Source: Patescibacteria group bacterium
Lineage (GTDB): Bacteria; Patescibacteriota; Patescibacteriia; UM-FILTER-42-10
Assembly (NCBI GenBank): GCA_041666845.1
Contig: JBAYGC010000007.1
Span: 6,080-70,079, forward strand
Direction of reading: 5' to 3'
DNA length: 64,000 nucleotides
In this document: one piece after another, positions 58,978 to 64,000 of the stretch
How positions within the stretch are numbered: position 1 is the first letter of the stretch
Layout of the letters: every line of letters begins with the position of its first letter
Made by a program: the position numbers and the translations under genes
The notes under the pieces: generated by a model
Databases searched by the model: none
Seen by the model: only the letters and a program-made list of their open reading frames with translations
What the model was told of the DNA's origin: nothing

Positions 58978-60671
58978 TGATAAACGCTAAAATATTTTCA
59001 AACATAAAAAAACATCTATTAATAATCACGTTATTTGTTGTTTTAACTGTGGTGATGACTTATCCGTGGGTTAACCATATGGATACGTGGGTGCATGACG
59101 GGGCGGATTCTTATTTTATCGCGTGGAACCTGGCATGGGACGTAAATTCATTTCAAAATGATGTCGGTAATATATTTAATGCCAATATTTTTTATCCGCA
59201 TGATAATACCCTGGCCTATTCCGAGCATCTGATCGGCACGGCATTATTGGTGTGGCCGATTCTGGCTCTAACTCATAACCCGATTCTGGCATATAACATT
59301 GTGACCTTCATATTCTTTGTTCTGGGTGCCTATTGCATGTATTTGTTTATGTTCAAACTTACACGTAATTTACCCGTTTCGATTATCAGTGCCATAATTT
59401 TCGGGTTTAACCCGTATCGAGTAATTCATTTCAGCCAGATTCATTTGCAGGTAATCTTTTTCTTCCCCTTGATTTTATTGATCTTACATCGGTTATTTGA
59501 ATCCAAAAAACACCGGGATTTTATTTTTTTGATTTTAGCCTACGTCACGTTGGGTTATATGAGTATGCACTATCTGTTAATGATGGCTGTTGTTACAATA
59601 GTGTTCTCAGTTTTCTATTTTGCCGCCATTGATAAAAAATTGCCGGAAAAGAAATTCATTATTAAGCTGGGGTTAGCCTTTTTTCTGGTTATTCTAGCTA
59701 TTTTGCCGGTGTATTACCCGTATTTTTTTGCACATGATGAAAACGGTTACAGCCGTTCCTATAGCATGATTACGACTTACTCACCGACTGTCATGGATTA
59801 TCTAGCTTTCTCTCCACTAATTACAAAAATTGTCGGTTTTCCCAATACGATAGAGAGAGTGCTGTATACCGGGTTTACAGTAGTAATATTGTTTTTTGTC
59901 AGTTTATATTATCTGATCAAGCGGCGCATTGTAGATCAGAAAACAATTGAGATTCTTTTGCTCTATCTGCTGATCGGTGCGGTTTGCGTATTATTGTCAT
60001 TTGGTATTTTGGTGCGGTTTACGACGGACGGTGGCGGGGTGGTCGGTCCGTATATATTTTTCTATAAATTAATTCCCGGGTTTGACGGTCTGCGCGCTTT
60101 GGGGAGATTTTTTGTTGTTGTTCTGCTTTCAATCAGCGTTGTTATTGGTCTGGGGTTAAACCAGATGTTGAGAAGAATCAAAAAGAGATTTATTTATGGT
60201 TCGGTCGTTATTTTGGTTGCCTCATTAATAATGGTCGAATATCTCTGGGTACCGCCATTTCAGCCGGTGGAATACCGTGAGGCGTTGATTGATAATAAAA
60301 TTCCGGAAGTGTATCATTGGCTCGCGGAGAAGTCGGATGACTCGGTGATTCTTGAATTACCTTTGGATGTTAACTTGAGAAAAAGCACCGAATATATGTA
60401 TTTATCCGTATATCACTGGAAAAAAATGATCAACGGGTACAGCGGGTTTTTCCCAGAAGATTATATCAAGCTGGAAAAAATGATTGCGGACAATTTTACC
60501 GGTGATGAAACTCAAAATGAAATATCGAAAGCGGGCGTGAAATATATAATCGTACATTTTGGCGTCCAATCAAAATTTACTACTCAAATAACACCCGAAG
60601 GATTAGACCAACTGCCAAAACTCAGACTGATAGAAACTTTCGGGACCGACTACGTTTATGAAGTAATATAG
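58974..60671 (+). CDS. Multi-TM probable glycosyltransferase (paralog A)
   Basis: D....WN.AW, FNANIFYP..NTLAYSE, GLRALGRF, VILELP, NGYSG. Confidence 0.65.
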   Translation: MMINAKIFSNIKKHLLIITLFVVLTVVMTYPWVNHMDTWVHDGADSYFIAWNLAWDVNSFQNDVGNIFNANIFYPHDNTLAYSEHLIGTALLVWPILALTHNPILAYNIVTFIFFVLGAYCMYLFMFKLTRNLPVSIISAIIFGFNPYRVIHFSQIHLQVIFFFPLILLILHRLFESKKHRDFIFLILAYVTLGYMSMHYLLMMAVVTIVFSVFYFAAIDKKLPEKKFIIKLGLAFFLVILAILPVYYPYFFAHDENGYSRSYSMITTYSPTVMDYLAFSPLITKIVGFPNTIERVLYTGFTVVILFFVSLYYLIKRRIVDQKTIEILLLYLLIGAVCVLLSFGILVRFTTDGGGVVGPYIFFYKLIPGFDGLRALGRFFVVVLLSISVVIGLGLNQMLRRIKKRFIYGSVVILVASLIMVEYLWVPPFQPVEYREALIDNKIPEVYHWLAEKSDDSVILELPLDVNLRKSTEYMYLSVYHWKKMINGYSGFFPEDYIKLEKMIADNFTGDETQNEISKAGVKYIIVHFGVQSKFTTQITPEGLDQLPKLRLIETFGTDYVYEVI

Positions 60672-60676
60672 CAAAT

Positions 60677-62365
60677 ATGGGTAATCATCCATTGAAGAGA
60701 AATAGTCTGGCGGTGGTAATATTTTTATTGCTGACATTTTTGATGACTTTCCCATGGGGTGCCCGGCTGGCAACGTCGGTACAGGCCAGCAGTGATTCCT
60801 ATTTCAATATATGGACAATTGCCTGGGACGTTCATATGTTTCAGGAAAATCCTACCGATATATTTAATGCTAATATATTCTATCCGAATAAAAACACACT
60901 GGCCTATTCTGAAAATCTGATCGGATCTGCATTATTTGCCTGGCCGGTTATTGCTTTGAGCGGTAATCCAGTTTTGGCTTACAATATAATTATCTTTATA
61001 TTTTTTGTTCTAGCCGGTTACTGCATGTATCTGTTGGCTTATTATTTTACAAAAAATTTTCCGGTCTCTATCTTAGGCGGTATCATCTACGGCTTTAATG
61101 CATATATGTTTTTGCATTTTAATCTGTTGCATATCATGGCAGTATTTTTTTTCCCTTTGATTTTTTTGATTATGCATAAGCTGGTTGAATCGGAGAAAAG
61201 GAAGTACTTTGCCTATTTTATCGTTACTTTCACACTGCTTGGCTATATGAGTATGCATTTTTTTATGATGCTATTATTGTTTATCCCGGTTTATTTATTG
61301 GTATATTACGGGGTGATAAAAAGAAAAATGCCAAGCAAAAAAATCATCGTCAATTTTGTTATTTCCTTTATTATATCTACTATCATTATTCTGCCTGTTT
61401 TTTATCCCTATCTCACATTACGCACCAACATTGAATATGACCGTTCATATGCCATGGTCAACCAGTTTTCACCGACAGTCACTGACTATCTTACATTTTC
61501 ACCAATGCTTATGGGTCTATTTGAATTACCGAAAAATATTTTTAAGACATACATTTATTCCGGCTTTACCGTATTATTTTTGGTCATTTTCAGTATAATA
61601 ATGCTGATAAAAAAGTATTACAGACAGAAGGAAATTATTAATATATCCTCCCTTTATATTATTATTGGTTTTGTTGCCTTCATTATGTCTTTTGGCGTAG
61701 TGATCAGATTTTCCGAAAACGACCCGGGTGTTGTCGGGCCGTTTATGTTACTTTTTGAATTTGTTCCGGGATTTTCCAGTCTCAGGGCGCTTGGCAGGTT
61801 TTCGATCGTAATACTGCTCTCGATGAGTGTGATCATAACTATAATTTTGAATCAGTATATGACCAGGTTCAAAAAAAAGTTTGTGTATGTCGGGATGCTG
61901 CTGATCATCAGTTGTCTGGTTATCCTGGAATATATGATTATCCCACCGTTGAAGCCGGTTAATTTGGAAACGGTCAAAACCGGTTCAAATATACCGGAAG
62001 TTTATCGCTGGCTATCGGAGCAAAAAGACGATACAGTCATACTCGAGTTGCCGATTTGGGTAAATGGTATGGAAGAAACTGCAAAGTATCAGTATTATTC
62101 GGCATTCCATTGGCACAGGCAAATGCACGGGTATAGTGGTTATTATCCGCCCGAATACCGAAAAATATTTATCAAGCCATTAAAAGATTTGCTGAATGAT
62201 GATACTATTAAAGAAATCCGGGCAGTTGGAGTTGATTACATAATATTGCACACCGGTGCTTCGATGGAATTCGCAAAAGAATTAAGAGAAGCGGATGTCA
62301 AAAACAATCAGAATCTTCAGTTAATAGAAATATTTGGTAGCGATTGGGTGTATCAAATAAAATAA
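60677..62365 (+). CDS. Multi-TM probable glycosyltransferase (paralog B)
   Basis: Same motif set as 58974-60671. Confidence 0.65.
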   Translation: MGNHPLKRNSLAVVIFLLLTFLMTFPWGARLATSVQASSDSYFNIWTIAWDVHMFQENPTDIFNANIFYPNKNTLAYSENLIGSALFAWPVIALSGNPVLAYNIIIFIFFVLAGYCMYLLAYYFTKNFPVSILGGIIYGFNAYMFLHFNLLHIMAVFFFPLIFLIMHKLVESEKRKYFAYFIVTFTLLGYMSMHFFMMLLLFIPVYLLVYYGVIKRKMPSKKIIVNFVISFIISTIIILPVFYPYLTLRTNIEYDRSYAMVNQFSPTVTDYLTFSPMLMGLFELPKNIFKTYIYSGFTVLFLVIFSIIMLIKKYYRQKEIINISSLYIIIGFVAFIMSFGVVIRFSENDPGVVGPFMLLFEFVPGFSSLRALGRFSIVILLSMSVIITIILNQYMTRFKKKFVYVGMLLIISCLVILEYMIIPPLKPVNLETVKTGSNIPEVYRWLSEQKDDTVILELPIWVNGMEETAKYQYYSAFHWHRQMHGYSGYYPPEYRKIFIKPLKDLLNDDTIKEIRAVGVDYIILHTGASMEFAKELREADVKNNQNLQLIEIFGSDWVYQIK

Positions 62366-62391
62366 TATAATATAATCACCATTATAAAGAC

Positions 62392-63096
62392 ATGAAATCG
62401 GTAATAATCGTCCCAACATATAATGAAAAAGACAATATAGAAATATTGATCAGAAGAATTGCCGATTTATCAATTACTGATCTTTTTGTTTGCGTTGTCG
62501 ATGATAACTCTCCCGATGGAACCGGGAAAATCGTTGATCAATTGGCCGTTCAGTTTCCCTTTGTGACGGTCATCCACAGGGATCAGAAACTAGGTCTAGG
62601 GAGCGCATATGTGGCCGGGTTCAAGAATGCTTTGCAGGCTGGTGCAGATTTTGTTTTTGAAATGGATTCGGATTTGTCCCACAATCCTGATGACATACCC
62701 AGGTTCTTAGTGGAAGCAAGAAATGGAAATGATATTGTCATCGGTTCGCGCCGGATTCCGAAGGGTGGCGTTGAGAATTGGGGGATTATAAGAAATCTAA
62801 TGAGCAAAGGAGCGATGTGGTTCTCCAGGGTGATGCTGAGTTTAAAAACTCACGACGTTACTTCCGGGTACCGATGTTATGCACGCAGAGTAATTGAAGC
62901 GATTGATTGGAACCAAATAAAAGGAAATGGCTATTCCTTTCAAGAAGAGACAATTTATTTGTGCGAAAAAAAAGGTTTTAAAGTAAAAGAAATACCGATC
63001 GTATTCAAGGATCGTACTTATGGGCATTCCAAACTTTCAAAGAAAGAAATAGTAAATTTTTTCATTACAATTGTAAAACTTCGTTTAAAAAAATAG
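62392..63096 (+). CDS. Polyprenol-monophosphomannose synthase (GT2)
   Basis: VPTYNE, VDDNSPDGT, KLGLGSAY, EMDSDLSH, GYSFQ. Confidence 0.9.
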   Translation: MKSVIIVPTYNEKDNIEILIRRIADLSITDLFVCVVDDNSPDGTGKIVDQLAVQFPFVTVIHRDQKLGLGSAYVAGFKNALQAGADFVFEMDSDLSHNPDDIPRFLVEARNGNDIVIGSRRIPKGGVENWGIIRNLMSKGAMWFSRVMLSLKTHDVTSGYRCYARRVIEAIDWNQIKGNGYSFQEETIYLCEKKGFKVKEIPIVFKDRTYGHSKLSKKEIVNFFITIVKLRLKK

Positions 63097-63099
63097 TCA

Positions 63100-64000
63100 A
63101 TGACTGTCAGAAACAGAATGATAATTTTAGGTGTTGTGTCTAGTCTCTTGTATGCTGTACTCGCTTTCATCGCGTATCATTATCAGACAAGCGCAACCAC
63201 TCCTTGGGGGGGCTCTTTTAAGGCAATTCTATTGGTAATAAATATGTTGTTGGTTGTTGTCTACTGGTTTGCCTTCATTTCAGTAAAGTCGGTCAATGGT
63301 AAAAGTATTATAAAGATTATTTTCCTGTTTTCAGCCGTGTTTAGCGTAATTATGATTTTTACTCCGCCAATCGGATCAGCGGATGTTTATAACTATGCAT
63401 ATCGGGCGCGGATTAATACAGTATATGATGAAAACCCTTATATTGTGGCAACCGGAGAGCATTCGGGTGATATGTTCTATGACTTTTCGCCAAAAGAATG
63501 GAACTATCTGACCATGCAGTATGGACCTTTCTGGACGTCGGTATCTATCTTATTTAGTAATATTACAAAGAACAGTTTTTTTTGGAATGTTTTTATTTAT
63601 AAATTACTGGCGCTAGTTTCTTTTTTTGGAGTTGCATTTCTGTTGAGAAAAATATTGCAAAAATTCAATCCGGGTATGGAAATGAAGGGATTATTTTTAT
63701 ATTTATGGAGCCCGATTATCATATTTGAAGCGATTAATAATGCGCATAATGATATGTTCATGATGTTCGTAGTGGTTTTTGCAATATATTTGTTAATGAA
63801 AAAGTGGTATATTTTGGCAGCAATAATGCTACTGCTTTCAATACTCACGAAGTATATCCCTTTATTAATATTACCTGTATTCGTTTTTTATATCTTTAGA
63901 GACATTCAAGAGACCAGAAAAAAGGTTAATTTTGTATGGGTATCCGGCATTCTGGCGATCATAATTTCAGTAATATTTTATTTGCCATTTTGGGAGGGCA
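63100..64000 (+). CDS. GT-C membrane glycosyltransferase (MptA/B-like), truncated by the window edge
   Basis: Manual translation from ATG 63100: PPIGSADVYNY, ENPY, YGPFW, NAHND; not in the ORF track. Confidence 0.65.
   Translation, partial: MTVRNRMIILGVVSSLLYAVLAFIAYHYQTSATTPWGGSFKAILLVINMLLVVVYWFAFISVKSVNGKSIIKIIFLFSAVFSVIMIFTPPIGSADVYNYAYRARINTVYDENPYIVATGEHSGDMFYDFSPKEWNYLTMQYGPFWTSVSILFSNITKNSFFWNVFIYKLLALVSFFGVAFLLRKILQKFNPGMEMKGLFLYLWSPIIIFEAINNAHNDMFMMFVVVFAIYLLMKKWYILAAIMLLLSILTKYIPLLILPVFVFYIFRDIQETRKKVNFVWVSGILAIIISVIFYLPFWEG

Noticed and set aside
1-64000. CRISPR array, rRNA genes or alternative genetic code
   Set aside because: No regularly spaced direct repeats or rRNA-like sequence seen; conserved genes read through intact under code 11, and TGA is used as a stop (e.g. 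folC).

Overview
This window is the replication-origin region of a low-GC bacterium that uses the standard genetic code. Gene content and order suggest Patescibacteria/CPR (inference): rpmH-rnpA-yidD-short yidC-PRC barrel, dnaA-dnaN-dciA with no recF/gyrB, and housekeeping genes mostly lacking Shine-Dalgarno (SD) sites. It holds dnaA/dnaN with DnaA-box clusters, two parS sites, three tRNAs and housekeeping genes (suhB, folC, nfo, tig, hppA, nusA, rnhB, gdh, trxAB, tyrS, murJ, ruvC, yebC). It also has a carS-plsC-HD-ligase lipid cluster, a glycogen-like cluster (2 glgA, 2 GH57, GalT-like, 2 PHP, kinase; no glgC) and a surface-glycosylation locus that runs off the right edge. The most striking signal is a second class of genes interspersed among the AT-rich core. 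Six GC-rich mini-cassettes (about 2.2-3.0, 5.2-5.7, 5.7-6.1, 11.0-11.9, 15.4-16.5 and 23.7-24.0 kb) each have a near-consensus sigma70 promoter with a 17-bp spacer, a strong AGGAG/GGAGG SD and an intrinsic terminator. Several also share a boxA-like leader motif. They encode six orphans, a divergent Prs and CsrA, a GGA/SD-binding repressor. All product calls come from motif recognition by eye; no database searches were run.
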